Below, in pieces: positions 28,491 to 38,090 of a DNA stretch of 64,000 nt; within the stretch, counting starts at the first letter, position 1, and each line of letters begins with the position of its first letter. The position numbers and the translations under genes were made by a program. This DNA is from a virus: IMG/VR virus record IMGVR_UViG_3300027792_000013, positions 1 to 64,000 of that record. One strand, 5' to 3'. The notes beneath the pieces were generated by a model. That model ran no database searches and had not been told where the DNA came from. It was given only the letters and a program-made list of their open reading frames with translations.

Positions 28491-28519
28491 ATTATATAAT
28501 TATTTTTCATAAAACTTTA
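28491..28519 (-). promoter_or_regulatory. Class II promoter TAAAGT-N17-TATAAT
   Basis: Exact motif; leader nearly identical to that of gp45. Confidence 0.65.
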
Positions 28520-28726
28520 TTTTTCTTCGATAAAAGAAAATTCTTTACAATTTTCAGCTGTTTTCAATTTTTCTTTGTATGCTTGCTCAGAATCTTCTGT
28601 TCCTTTACAATTCCATTTTCCTTTTGAACACCAAGATTCCCATTTTGTACCCGATGCGAGCCCCCTTGGAACCCCAGAACTAAATTTCCAATGTTTGCAT
28701 TCAAAACATCTTTTTGGACTATCCAT
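28517..28726 (-). CDS. Small Cys-rich protein
   Basis: Likely start MDSPKRC after GAGGAG. Confidence 0.5.
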   Translation of the reverse strand: MDSPKRCFECKHWKFSSGVPRGLASGTKWESWCSKGKWNCKGTEDSEQAYKEKLKTAENCKEFSFIEEK

Positions 28727-28736
28727 TTTTATCTCC

Positions 28737-29693
28737 TCAAACAAATTCCAGGGATGACATAAATTCACAAATACAAGCCATCAAAGGAATTTCCTGATTA
28801 GGTGCAAATGAACTTTTGAATTGGTATCGATCAATAATTAGAACCGCTTCGGGAATTGATTTTGGTTTCACGAATTTTTCCAAATCATTAAAAAATTGTG
28901 TATAAACAAATTGCATGTCTTTTTGACCCAAATCCTTGACAAAACTTTGGGCTTTTTTGTAATTCTTCTCTTTAAGGATTTTATATAATTCGATGAATTT
29001 TGACTCATCCAACATAAACAAAAACCCTTCATCGATTTTTTTTGTGGCATAACTATAAAGCTGCAAATCCTCAAGGATTCTTCGCATATCTGGAAAAACT
29101 CTTTTGATATACTCTATAACCGCTTTTTGCCCCGCTGAATCAATTTCAATGTTTTCTTGTTTGAGTATATCAAATACTCGTAACGCAAATTGTTTCATTA
29201 GTTTTACTGACTCTTCTCTATCCCAAGTAAAATTGATGACTTGAAGTCTTGACAAAACTGGTTGAGTCAACTTTTGTGGATAGTTTACTGTAAAAATAAA
29301 TCTGGCATTTGCTGAACAGCCTTCAATTAATCCACGCAAGGCCTGTATAGATGTCTGAGTAAAATTATCTCCTTCATCATTAATAATGACTTTTGGGACA
29401 CCAGGAACATTGGATGCTGTTACCGCAAAGGTTTGAATCTTTGTTTTTAGGGCATCGATTCCACGCTCCAAAGATGTGTTATTGAAAATATAATCACAGC
29501 CCAGTTCCTCCACCAATGCCTTTGCACTCGTGGTTTTTCCTGTTCCCGGTCCACCACTTAATAGCAAATGTGGTATGTTTTTTTGTTGTACAAAAGTCCG
29601 AAATACGCTTTTTATTTTTTCGGGTAGAATAATATCTTCAATTGTTTTAGGTCGATACTTTTCTACCCAAAGACTCGATTCAATTTGATTCAT
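28737..29693 (-). CDS. gp44: Clamp-loader large subunit (T4 gp44, AAA+)
   Basis: LWVEKYRP, GGPGTGKTT, DEGD, SR, FPDMRR. Confidence 0.95.
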   Translation of the reverse strand: MNQIESSLWVEKYRPKTIEDIILPEKIKSVFRTFVQQKNIPHLLLSGGPGTGKTTSAKALVEELGCDYIFNNTSLERGIDALKTKIQTFAVTASNVPGVPKVIINDEGDNFTQTSIQALRGLIEGCSANARFIFTVNYPQKLTQPVLSRLQVINFTWDREESVKLMKQFALRVFDILKQENIEIDSAGQKAVIEYIKRVFPDMRRILEDLQLYSYATKKIDEGFLFMLDESKFIELYKILKEKNYKKAQSFVKDLGQKDMQFVYTQFFNDLEKFVKPKSIPEAVLIIDRYQFKSSFAPNQEIPLMACICEFMSSLEFV

Positions 29694-29704
29694 TTACATT
29701 ACTC

Positions 29705-30436
29705 CTATTGAATAATTTTTCCTAAAAAGTATTCTAAACGCCCAAAAGCTTTTTGATCTGCTCGTAAATACGCTATAGATTCATTAAACAAAAGAACTTC
29801 GTAATCACAGCTATCAATTACTTTCATATCAGACATTTGAAAGGCGAAACTTCCGGTAAACCCATTGGCTAATATATTCTTCCCCAAAATCTTTTTGAAA
29901 TTATTTGAGGTTGGATTTTTTAAGTCTCGAACAACACCGACTACAACATCACCTTTTATTTCGAAAAACAAATAGTCATACTTCAAGGCTCCGCTCATTT
30001 TTCTCAGCTTAAGAAAGTCATCTTTACTGAATGTAAATTGGACATTTTTTATTTTGTCATCAAAAAAGTTTTCCTTTCGTAGAGGAGCTGCTTGGGCCTC
30101 CATAAGCTCTTGAACAGCTTGAGATGGGTACATAAATTTTGCCTGACTTGTTTTTGACTTCAAAATTAAAAAAACATCTTTAAATTCGATATCAAAATCT
30201 TTTTCAGTTTTGAATTCATCAACAACACTAAGAAAATCATTGAGGTCATAAATAGCAAATCTTGGAATTTGCTTTTCTGATTCCTCTAGTTCATAAAAGG
30301 CAGTGATTACATTGTCTCTAACACTAAGATATCCTTTATGTCCCTCCTTATTCCTGTCTTTATCATTGAAAATCAAACCTTTACTGATACCGGAAAAGTT
30401 TCGAAGTACTTCAATTGTTTTGTTTGTTAATACCAT
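29705..30436 (-). CDS. gp45: Sliding clamp (T4 gp45)
   Basis: T..VL.NFS.I..G, FAIYDLNDFLSV; directly upstream of gp44. Confidence 0.85.
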   Translation of the reverse strand: MVLTNKTIEVLRNFSGISKGLIFNDKDRNKEGHKGYLSVRDNVITAFYELEESEKQIPRFAIYDLNDFLSVVDEFKTEKDFDIEFKDVFLILKSKTSQAKFMYPSQAVQELMEAQAAPLRKENFFDDKIKNVQFTFSKDDFLKLRKMSGALKYDYLFFEIKGDVVVGVVRDLKNPTSNNFKKILGKNILANGFTGSFAFQMSDMKVIDSCDYEVLLFNESIAYLRADQKAFGRLEYFLGKIIQ

Positions 30437-30455
30437 TTAAAACCTCCAATAAATT

Positions 30456-30484
30456 ATTATATAGTTATTTTTCAAAGAACTTTA
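30456..30484 (-). promoter_or_regulatory. Class II promoter TAAAGT-N17-TATAAT upstream of gp45
   Basis: Exact motif and spacing. Confidence 0.65.
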
Positions 30485-30718
30485 TAGTTTCCACAAAATA
30501 ATTGAAACCCAACCCGTTATAGACGAAATTGTATACAAGACTAAATATTTTAAAAGATCTAATAGAGGATAGGTTTCTTCAATTCCTTGAAGAACCAAAG
30601 AAACTATTTTGTACCCAGAAAAAATCATTGTTAATAATGAACAAACACATAAAAGAATTAAAAACATACCCAAGGTGGCCCATAAAACCTGAAAACTAGT
30701 TTTCTTAAAATAGGTCAT
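30482..30718 (-). CDS. Small membrane protein (2 TM)
   Basis: Hydrophobic helices. Confidence 0.55.
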   Translation of the reverse strand: MTYFKKTSFQVLWATLGMFLILLCVCSLLTMIFSGYKIVSLVLQGIEETYPLLDLLKYLVLYTISSITGWVSIILWKL

Positions 30719-31260
30719 TCTTTATTCTCCTTTGAATCAATTTCAGAAATCAAATCATAGATAATCTTGAAATCCGCTAACCCATCATCTCCTCTTCTTA
30801 GATAATAGCTGGGATGATACGTTGCGATAACGGCGTAGGTTTGTTTGTCAAAAATTTTATTTCTGGTTACTCCAATTGGTTTTGATAGCACCGATGTAGT
30901 CGCCGTATCACCCAAACAAATAACAAATTTTGGTTTAAATTTTTTGATCATAAATTGAACAAATGGTCTGAAATAATTGATCTCATCTAAACTTGGTTTT
31001 CTAATTGATTTTGTTTCTGATAGAGGAATCAATGGAACAGAATTTGTAATACCAATCTGATCTTCTAATTGATATTCAGAGATCCATCGATTAAGAACTT
31101 GTCCAGCTCTACCAACAAATGGAATACCCTGGGCACTTTCTTCTTTTCCCGGAGCCTCACCAATAAACAAAATTTTTGGTTTTGTTACTCCCCTATACAA
31201 TACAATTTTTTTAGTATCATCATATAGACTGGACTCTTTGATGTATGCTTCAATATTCAT
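30715..31260 (-). CDS. Uracil-DNA glycosylase, family 4-like
   Basis: ILFIGEAPGKEE...G.PFVGRAG, LG.TA, TYHPSY; start MNIEAY after GGAGG. Confidence 0.88.
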   Translation of the reverse strand: MNIEAYIKESSLYDDTKKIVLYRGVTKPKILFIGEAPGKEESAQGIPFVGRAGQVLNRWISEYQLEDQIGITNSVPLIPLSETKSIRKPSLDEINYFRPFVQFMIKKFKPKFVICLGDTATTSVLSKPIGVTRNKIFDKQTYAVIATYHPSYYLRRGDDGLADFKIIYDLISEIDSKENKE

Positions 31261-31261
31261 T

Positions 31262-31861
31262 TTAGTCCTCCACAACTTCTATTTTTTCGATTTTGTAAGC
31301 TTCAATTTCATTTAAAATTGTAAATCGAAATCTTATATGTAGTACCGGAGATATTCTAATAGGCACCCCGTCATCATTTAAAGTTTCTTTTTGAACATCA
31401 ATATTTATATCATTAAACAAAAACCAATAAAAAGGTTGACCATTTTGGGATTCAATATATTGATAAATTTTTTCTTTAAAATTTGGAAACAATTTTTTTA
31501 TCTCTTTGTAATAATCTGTTAATCCTATATTATCTAAACTAAATTTTTCTTTTATATGATCGTCTATACACATACGAATTCTATTAATTGATTTATTTTT
31601 TTGAAAAACATCTATTTCGAATATTGGACCTTTATTTACAAAAATACAATTTGGGTCATTTAAATAATTGAAAAATTTTTTTGGTAATTTGTTAATTTTT
31701 TTGCGCATCAATCTTTCTTCTCGTTCATAAATAAATTTTTTCCACCATTTAATACTAAACAATTTAAAAGAGGATTTCAATGTTTTTTTAAAACTCGAAA
31801 AATTGTTATTGTAAAGATACACAATCAAATAAATAAGTAAAAGAATTTCTGTTAATGTCAC
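31262..31861 (-). CDS. Hypothetical protein with N-terminal TM helix
   Basis: 199-aa ORF. Confidence 0.5.
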   Translation of the reverse strand: MTLTEILLLIYLIVYLYNNNFSSFKKTLKSSFKLFSIKWWKKFIYEREERLMRKKINKLPKKFFNYLNDPNCIFVNKGPIFEIDVFQKNKSINRIRMCIDDHIKEKFSLDNIGLTDYYKEIKKLFPNFKEKIYQYIESQNGQPFYWFLFNDINIDVQKETLNDDGVPIRISPVLHIRFRFTILNEIEAYKIEKIEVVED

Positions 31862-32268
31862 TTTCGTTTCTCCTTTCTAAAATTTTCGATTTTTATTGGT
31901 TCTATCAATTTAATCTTAGATGCGAATTTTGTTCCTTTTGGGTATGAATAATTTGCGGGGCAAATTTTTCCATTTGCTAGTACACTAGTGAAACAATACC
32001 ATTGAGATGATGATTTGGGTTCATATTCTATTCGCATTAATTCTAAAGTTGGTGGTTTACTATTAACAAAAGATTTTATTGCATTTTTAAAAAATCGAAT
32101 TGCATCTTTTTTGTTGGAAAAGCAGTTAAGCCAAAACCCATATTCTTTTAACCACCTAGGGGGCTTTGAAAATTTATCAAAAAAATATTGAACCCTTGCT
32201 TTTTTTGTTGTCACACAGGAAAAATATTTTTTGTTTTTACAACATACAATCTTGTAGCCTTTTTTCAT
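31858..32268 (-). CDS. Hypothetical protein, paralog family A (copy 3)
   Basis: Shares family A motifs with 6524..7054. Confidence 0.65.
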   Translation of the reverse strand: MKKGYKIVCCKNKKYFSCVTTKKARVQYFFDKFSKPPRWLKEYGFWLNCFSNKKDAIRFFKNAIKSFVNSKPPTLELMRIEYEPKSSSQWYCFTSVLANGKICPANYSYPKGTKFASKIKLIEPIKIENFRKEKRK

Positions 32269-32270
32269 TT

Positions 32271-32480
32271 TTAGTCATCACTTTTTACTAGCAATTCATT
32301 TGTTTTTACAAATTTAGCAACTGGTAGATCAGATAGTTTTTCCCAACGCCACCCATCAGAAGCATTAGCAGATTTCATAAAGGTTTCTGGTGTTGCCATT
32401 ATTGCGTTTATTCTATTTTTATCGTCAATTAAAGCATATATTTTTCTAAATTCCTTTGTTTTAAACTTATTAAGTTTCAT
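32271..32480 (-). CDS. Small hypothetical protein
   Basis: Similar to 12430..12639. Confidence 0.5.
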   Translation of the reverse strand: MKLNKFKTKEFRKIYALIDDKNRINAIMATPETFMKSANASDGWRWEKLSDLPVAKFVKTNELLVKSDD

Positions 32481-32499
32481 AATATTATCCTTTTCTGTT

Positions 32500-32528
32500 A
32501 TTATATAATTTGTTTTGAAAAAACTTAA
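32500..32528 (-). promoter_or_regulatory. Class II promoter TTAAGT-N17-TATAAT
   Basis: Exact motif and spacing. Confidence 0.6.
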
Positions 32529-32531
32529 AAT

Positions 32532-34367
32532 TTAACTTAACCACGTTTTCCTCAATTGAGAATCATATCCAAATATAGTTTCAATACTTAGTTTTCCTTT
32601 ATCATCAAAACAATAGGTATCAATAATTGGATCATTTAACATTTTTCGATATTCTTCTTTGTCTAGGCCTCCTAATCCCTTATTGTATGAAATCTTATAA
32701 TCCTTTAGATTTTTTTGATCTTGATTAAATTCCTCTATTGTATAATATTTTCTGATATCCCCTTTCTTTTCCGCGATTATAATTGGAGACTTATATTTAC
32801 AAATTATTTTCTGTTCAAATAACTCAGGCCAGTACTTGTAAAAGAAATTGATAAGTAAAGCTGTAATACAATTACCGTCTGGATCCGCATCTGTTAAAAG
32901 CACAATCTTACCATAGTTTAGATCAATTGCTTTTTCACGAAGTCTTAAACCAATACAACCCATAATAGATTGGATTTCCTGATTGTCAAGGACTTCTTTG
33001 TCCTTACAATTCAAAACATTCAGAACTTTACCTCTTAGAGGAAGAAATGCGTGATATTGTTTGTTTCTAACTTCCAACGCTGTTCCCCCGGCACTATCAC
33101 CTTCGGTAAGAAATAGAACGCATTTATTTTTTTCATTGCTTTGAGCATCGATAAGTTTAGCAATTTTTTTTCTACTGTGAATGTTTTTATTCTTTTGTTT
33201 GACTTCTTCCAGATCCTTTTTTTGTTGCTTCAACAGATAGGTTTCAACAATAGGATCAAGAATTTCTGGATATGAAACAATTTTATCAACTATTGTTGTT
33301 ACTGATCCGTTTAAACTAAAATATTTCGAAATTTCGCCCCATTGATTAATAAGTTTTTCTTTTGTTTGAGAGTCAAATTTTGGATTTTGAACATTCCTAG
33401 CTGAAACAACAAATAACAATTTGTCCGAAATATCTTTCGGTTTTACCTCTTTGATTTTGCATTTTTTCTGAATTTTGATTTGTAATTCTTTAACCAGTGC
33501 CCAAACTATTCCATCAATATGAGTTCCTCCACGAAAGGTTTCAACCCCATTTACGAAAGATAGAAACGAATATTCTTCGCTTGGCATTACAGCAAATTTA
33601 AAATCACCACTTTCGAATATCACATAGGGTTTATTAAAACATTTTACATATTCTTTAAATAACGAAGTTCGAATTGTGATCCCATTGAATTTGAATTTTA
33701 TTTCAGGAAAAATCATAGCCAAATCATAAATTCTTTTTTTCAATAATCCTAACATAGTTTCGTCAATACCATTGATTTTAAAATATTCGAAATCAATTTT
33801 CCACTTAATCATAGTTCCACTTGGACCACTGACTTTTCGTACTTTTGCTATATATTCTCTGCTGTTATTCTGACAAATCAAATGCATTGACTTGCCTTCT
33901 GTATTTGTGGTTTTGACTTCAAAATATTTGGAAAAAATATTGGTTAAAGATACACCAACACCAAATCTACCAATACTAACATTGTTTTCTGAATCAATAA
34001 AATTTGAACCCGCTCTCAGTTTTAGAAATGCCAGAGCCGCTGAGTATTCTTTGTTTTCTTCGTCCCATTCAATTGATAATCCTCTACCATTATCAGCAAT
34101 TGTAATTGTTCCGTCGACATCGACATCAATCATAATTTTATTCGAAAACTTAAAATTAGTTTTAAGTGCCTCGTCAATGCTATTTGTTAAAACTTCATCG
34201 ATAAGTTTTAAAATAGCGGGAACAAATTCAATTTCCTTTTTACAAATTTTTTCTTGGTCAACAACCCAATGTGATTTTGTTACAGATTGAGTTGATCCAA
34301 CCCAAATTTCTGGTCGGAGTAAGGCGTGATTAATTTCATCAAGAATTTTAATTTCTGCAGGTTTCAT
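32532..34367 (-). CDS. gp39: Type II topoisomerase large subunit (fused gp39+gp60)
   Basis: EVLTNSID, DNGRG, G.FGVG GHKL motifs; TEGDSA, PLRGK.LN, TDADPDG TOPRIM; KGLG. Confidence 0.95.
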   Translation of the reverse strand: MKPAEIKILDEINHALLRPEIWVGSTQSVTKSHWVVDQEKICKKEIEFVPAILKLIDEVLTNSIDEALKTNFKFSNKIMIDVDVDGTITIADNGRGLSIEWDEENKEYSAALAFLKLRAGSNFIDSENNVSIGRFGVGVSLTNIFSKYFEVKTTNTEGKSMHLICQNNSREYIAKVRKVSGPSGTMIKWKIDFEYFKINGIDETMLGLLKKRIYDLAMIFPEIKFKFNGITIRTSLFKEYVKCFNKPYVIFESGDFKFAVMPSEEYSFLSFVNGVETFRGGTHIDGIVWALVKELQIKIQKKCKIKEVKPKDISDKLLFVVSARNVQNPKFDSQTKEKLINQWGEISKYFSLNGSVTTIVDKIVSYPEILDPIVETYLLKQQKKDLEEVKQKNKNIHSRKKIAKLIDAQSNEKNKCVLFLTEGDSAGGTALEVRNKQYHAFLPLRGKVLNVLNCKDKEVLDNQEIQSIMGCIGLRLREKAIDLNYGKIVLLTDADPDGNCITALLINFFYKYWPELFEQKIICKYKSPIIIAEKKGDIRKYYTIEEFNQDQKNLKDYKISYNKGLGGLDKEEYRKMLNDPIIDTYCFDDKGKLSIETIFGYDSQLRKTWLS

Positions 34368-34387
34368 ATAATGAACTCCATATATAC

Positions 34388-34440
34388 ATTATAATATAGA
34401 TCAAACAAAAAATCAATAAAAATTTTTATTTTGTTAAATT
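34388..34440 (-). promoter_or_regulatory. Class I promoter: UP element, TTGATT-N17-TATAAT
   Basis: Near-identical to the element at 23584-23636. Confidence 0.7.
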
Positions 34441-35001
34441 TAAACATTTTGTTCCGATTTTCCCCAAAACTTTTTCAACATTGCAACCATGACTTTTGTA
34501 TCTTTGTATCACATCAATGTGTTCACTGAACCCTTTGTCAAAAACATTTTCCTTGTTTTTTAACCCCCAGGTAGTTTTAATATGTGCCCTAACAGCCTTC
34601 CCCAATGTCTCAATATTGCAATTTGTTTCCGGAATTCCCAAAGAATGTAAAAGTAAACTAGCCGCTGTTCCTATAGAAAAATTTGTTTGATTAATTATAT
34701 TACGTAACAATTTAGATAAAACCATTCCTGAAATATTGAGAAACTTTGTCAGTCTAATTTCTTCATTATTTACTATACACCAAACTGGATTGCTACCATA
34801 TTCTAAACTCATACCATCAAATTTAGATCCTCTCAAATATTTTCTAATGTCTTTTTTTGACATTTTCCAATAATGAGATAAAATCAAAATGGCTTTTGGT
34901 AAAACAATAGATTCTTCACGCAATAATGTTTCAATACAATCGATAACAAATTCTGATTTTTGACTTTCCTCAATAATGTTAATCTTGAATTGAATATCCA
35001 T
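34426..35001 (-). CDS. Hypothetical protein between the topoisomerase subunits
   Basis: 191-aa ORF coupled to the gp52 stop. Confidence 0.55.
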   Translation of the reverse strand: MDIQFKINIIEESQKSEFVIDCIETLLREESIVLPKAILILSHYWKMSKKDIRKYLRGSKFDGMSLEYGSNPVWCIVNNEEIRLTKFLNISGMVLSKLLRNIINQTNFSIGTAASLLLHSLGIPETNCNIETLGKAVRAHIKTTWGLKNKENVFDKGFSEHIDVIQRYKSHGCNVEKVLGKIGTKCLNLTK

Positions 35002-36335
35002 TATCTCTCCTTTTGTTTTAAATCTTTAATGTAGATTTCAATCGGCGTTGTTTTTAATAAGTCTTCAATAGTTTTTTGATGTTCTTCTTTTGTTTTCAAA
35101 GAATGTTCAATTTCATCTTTAGTAAACTTATAGATTTTTAATTCCAAAAGATCGTCAATGAATTTATAGTTATCTTTTTTTAATTGATCTTTTAATTGTA
35201 CTTTATTCAATTCTGTAATTTTAAGTTTACCAGAAATAATTGAGTCAATGAATCTAATCTTTTCGTCTATGAACTCAATAATTTGATGACTTAAAGCCAA
35301 CAGCCTTTCAATTCGTTGTTGGTACTTTTTGACTCGGTATTCAATAAAATAGTCAACTAATTCATCAATATTGTTGAAATTTCTTAGGTGATTTTCATTG
35401 TCAATAACGTTAACATTCTCACTTAATTTTGTTCTCAATTTTAAATATTTGATTACTTTTTCATCGTCTTCAATATTAACATTTCGATAAAATTGAACTT
35501 CAAAAACAATGTTTCCGTTGTCATCAAAATCCGGATCTGAATAGTTTCTTATGATTTGTTTTTCTTCAAGGTCAACCAAACATTTTTCGATATACTTTTC
35601 ACGGGTCCATCCAATAGGAAGTTCTGTTACCGTAATTGTACTATTTGATTTTCTCTGAAATGTACCCTCAACAATCCAATTGTTCTCCAATTGATTGTAT
35701 TCAATCTTTCCTTTGAAACCCCTGAAAAATGGTTTGTAGTGACTATATGGAAATTTCTTTTTGGTTTTTAATTTTTCAATTGTGGTATCGATTAATAATT
35801 TTGGGTCCCTAGGCAAAATTGTTGTAGCGAACCCAACTGCTATACCCTCGCTTCCATTTACTAACACCCAAGGAATTTTAGGTAAATAACATAATGGCTC
35901 TGGATTTTCTGGATCATGATTTTGATCCAAGATTTCAAAGTCATCAAAATATTTGAGAAATTGTTTATTAAGATGTACTTTTGTATATCTTGCTGCGGCT
36001 GCCTCTGGAACCAATCGATTACCAAAACTTCCCCCACCCTCAAACATTTCAACGTTGTTGGACCCGACAAAATTTTGAGTTAATAAATTTACTGCACTTG
36101 CAATAGAAGCATCACCGTGATGGTAATTACTATCTGCCATTGTAAATCCCACAAGGGATGCGGTTTTGAGAAATTCGGTTTTGCATCTGGCTAAAGCCGT
36201 ATAAAGAATTTTTCTTTGAACCGGTTTTAAACCATCGATTGCGTTTGGAATTGCCCTATTATGTAAAACATAAAGGGCGTATTCTTTATATTCTTGGTCT
36301 ATAAAATCACTAACAGATCTTGAATTTTCTTTCAT
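35001..36335 (-). CDS. gp52: Type II topoisomerase medium subunit (T4 gp52)
   Basis: RAIP..IDGLKPVQRK, YHHGD.S, AAARY catalytic Tyr, NGSEGIAVGF. Confidence 0.95.
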   Translation of the reverse strand: MKENSRSVSDFIDQEYKEYALYVLHNRAIPNAIDGLKPVQRKILYTALARCKTEFLKTASLVGFTMADSNYHHGDASIASAVNLLTQNFVGSNNVEMFEGGGSFGNRLVPEAAAARYTKVHLNKQFLKYFDDFEILDQNHDPENPEPLCYLPKIPWVLVNGSEGIAVGFATTILPRDPKLLIDTTIEKLKTKKKFPYSHYKPFFRGFKGKIEYNQLENNWIVEGTFQRKSNSTITVTELPIGWTREKYIEKCLVDLEEKQIIRNYSDPDFDDNGNIVFEVQFYRNVNIEDDEKVIKYLKLRTKLSENVNVIDNENHLRNFNNIDELVDYFIEYRVKKYQQRIERLLALSHQIIEFIDEKIRFIDSIISGKLKITELNKVQLKDQLKKDNYKFIDDLLELKIYKFTKDEIEHSLKTKEEHQKTIEDLLKTTPIEIYIKDLKQKER

Positions 36336-36684
36336 ATTGAACCCCTTGATTTTCTACATAGTTTTTACAATCTTGTAAAGTTGAATCTACGTAAAAATAT
36401 TTAAAATATTTAAAAGCTCGTAAAAGTCCAAATTTTAAATATAAATAGTTTAACCAATATGAACTGAATTTTTCCCAAATGCCTCCAAATGGATTTATTT
36501 GTTCTTTTGCTACTTGATCCAAATAGTGATTATGTTCATCAACTATTTGGTCGGTTAGCTCCAAGTTTCCTCGCATGGATGTTACAAACTCATTATCAAC
36601 AGTAAAAATTCCGTCTCTGAAGTTTTTCCAAATTTTAAAATACCTTTCATCGACCGAATTTTCTTTCATATAATAAACTTTCAT
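36310..36684 (-). CDS. Hypothetical protein behind a class I promoter
   Basis: 124-aa ORF. Confidence 0.55.
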   Translation of the reverse strand: MKVYYMKENSVDERYFKIWKNFRDGIFTVDNEFVTSMRGNLELTDQIVDEHNHYLDQVAKEQINPFGGIWEKFSSYWLNYLYLKFGLLRAFKYFKYFYVDSTLQDCKNYVENQGVQYERKFKIC

Positions 36685-36692
36685 ATATACAT

Positions 36693-36752
36693 ATTATAAT
36701 ATGAGTTCAGTGAAAATTCAATAAAAATTATAAAAATTTATTTTGTTAAATT
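36693..36752 (-). promoter_or_regulatory. Class I promoter: UP element, TTGAAT-N17-TATAAT
   Basis: TTTAACAAAATAAA...TTTTTATTGAAT...ATATTATAAT. Confidence 0.65.
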
Positions 36753-37015
36753 TTGGCATGTGCAATTTCACGTTTTATAGCATCAACGGGAATTGTACCA
36801 ATTAAAGTTTTACTTGGTTTATCATCAATCATAATAACTGTTGATGGAACACTTGTTATATGAAGTTGTTTTGTTAAACTATTTGGCCCTTTTATATCAT
36901 CTTCTATTAGAACCTCTTCCCATTTTAAATCCCGTGATTCTAATAGTTTCTGCTTGAAAATTTTACATGGTTTACAATTTACTGAGGAAAAAACTAATAC
37001 TCTAACATTTTTCAT
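36746..37015 (-). CDS. Thioredoxin/glutaredoxin
   Basis: CKPC redox motif, SVP cis-Pro loop. Confidence 0.85.
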   Translation of the reverse strand: MKNVRVLVFSSVNCKPCKIFKQKLLESRDLKWEEVLIEDDIKGPNSLTKQLHITSVPSTVIMIDDKPSKTLIGTIPVDAIKREIAHAKI

Positions 37016-37040
37016 AATTCCTCCTAAAGGCTTTTGTTGG

Positions 37041-38084
37041 TTATGATGAAAACAACCATTTACTAACGGCTAGATTTTTTGATAATTTACCAAAAACGGA
37101 ATGTTGTTTTACAAAATCAGTTAATTGTTGTATCGTCACATTTGTATTTATAAATTCCTTACAAACCAATTCATTGAGATCTTTTGTCTTTAATGCTCTT
37201 GGCCATATAAACAATCCGTAGGTATCATGATTGGCAATATGTTTGTAATGACTTACAACTTCTTTATTCCTTGGTTCATTATCAATAACAAAAATAATAT
37301 CATCTGTTTTCAATGTATTCAGAAATTCTTGGCTAATATTAAGAGAAAGCATCGCTATACTATTTTTCAGAAACAAAGCATCAAATATACCTTCGGTAAC
37401 AAAAATTTGTTCCCCGCATTGTAAACGATCAATTCCATAGCATAAATATGAATCCTCAACTAATTTAATCGTATAATATCTGATTTTGTTTTCTTCAATT
37501 GATCTCCCTTGTACCCCAATCAAATTTTTGTCTATGTCATAAATAGGAAATATAATCCTTGGATCTAATTCTGTATCATTATTGTATTTTCCTTGTATAT
37601 AGTTATTATTTATCCATTTTTTATAGTTTTCAACATAATAAATATTTTGATAAAATATTGAATTAATTTTTCTTTTTTGTAAATATTGAAATGCCAAGTG
37701 ATTTTGATTAAGTTCTGAAATACAATCAGCATTTTTTATACTGTATACATTAAGTTCCGGTTTTGGTTCTTCAACAGTTTCTTTTTCTTCTATTTTTGGT
37801 TTTCGAAATTTCAGAACCGAAATTTCTTTGATATAAAGATTCCATAAACTGACATTCAATTTTTTTAAAAACAAGCTAAATTCAAAATTAGCACCACATT
37901 CATTGTGACAAATATAATACAGAGTATCTTTTCGTTTATGTTTTAGCAAATATCCACGTTTTTTAAATCTGCTTTTTTTTGAATCACCACAGAACGGACA
38001 TCTAAAATTATAAGTGTTTTCGTTTAGTTTTTTAAAGCCTTCCAGTTTCAACTTCCGTAAGTATTTTAAATCAATAAATAGCAT
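37041..38084 (-). CDS. gp61: DNA primase (T4 gp61)
   Basis: NFRCPFCGDS...KRG, CHNEC, QGR, VTEGIFDALF, DNEPRN, KDLNE. Confidence 0.95.
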   Translation of the reverse strand: MLFIDLKYLRKLKLEGFKKLNENTYNFRCPFCGDSKKSRFKKRGYLLKHKRKDTLYYICHNECGANFEFSLFLKKLNVSLWNLYIKEISVLKFRKPKIEEKETVEEPKPELNVYSIKNADCISELNQNHLAFQYLQKRKINSIFYQNIYYVENYKKWINNNYIQGKYNNDTELDPRIIFPIYDIDKNLIGVQGRSIEENKIRYYTIKLVEDSYLCYGIDRLQCGEQIFVTEGIFDALFLKNSIAMLSLNISQEFLNTLKTDDIIFVIDNEPRNKEVVSHYKHIANHDTYGLFIWPRALKTKDLNELVCKEFINTNVTIQQLTDFVKQHSVFGKLSKNLAVSKWLFSS

Positions 38085-38090
38085 TTTAAA

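Noticed and set aside
37145-37152. Additional TATAAATA inside the primase gene
   Set aside because: An all-A/T 8-mer occurs often by chance in this genome; only hits directly in front of gene starts were kept
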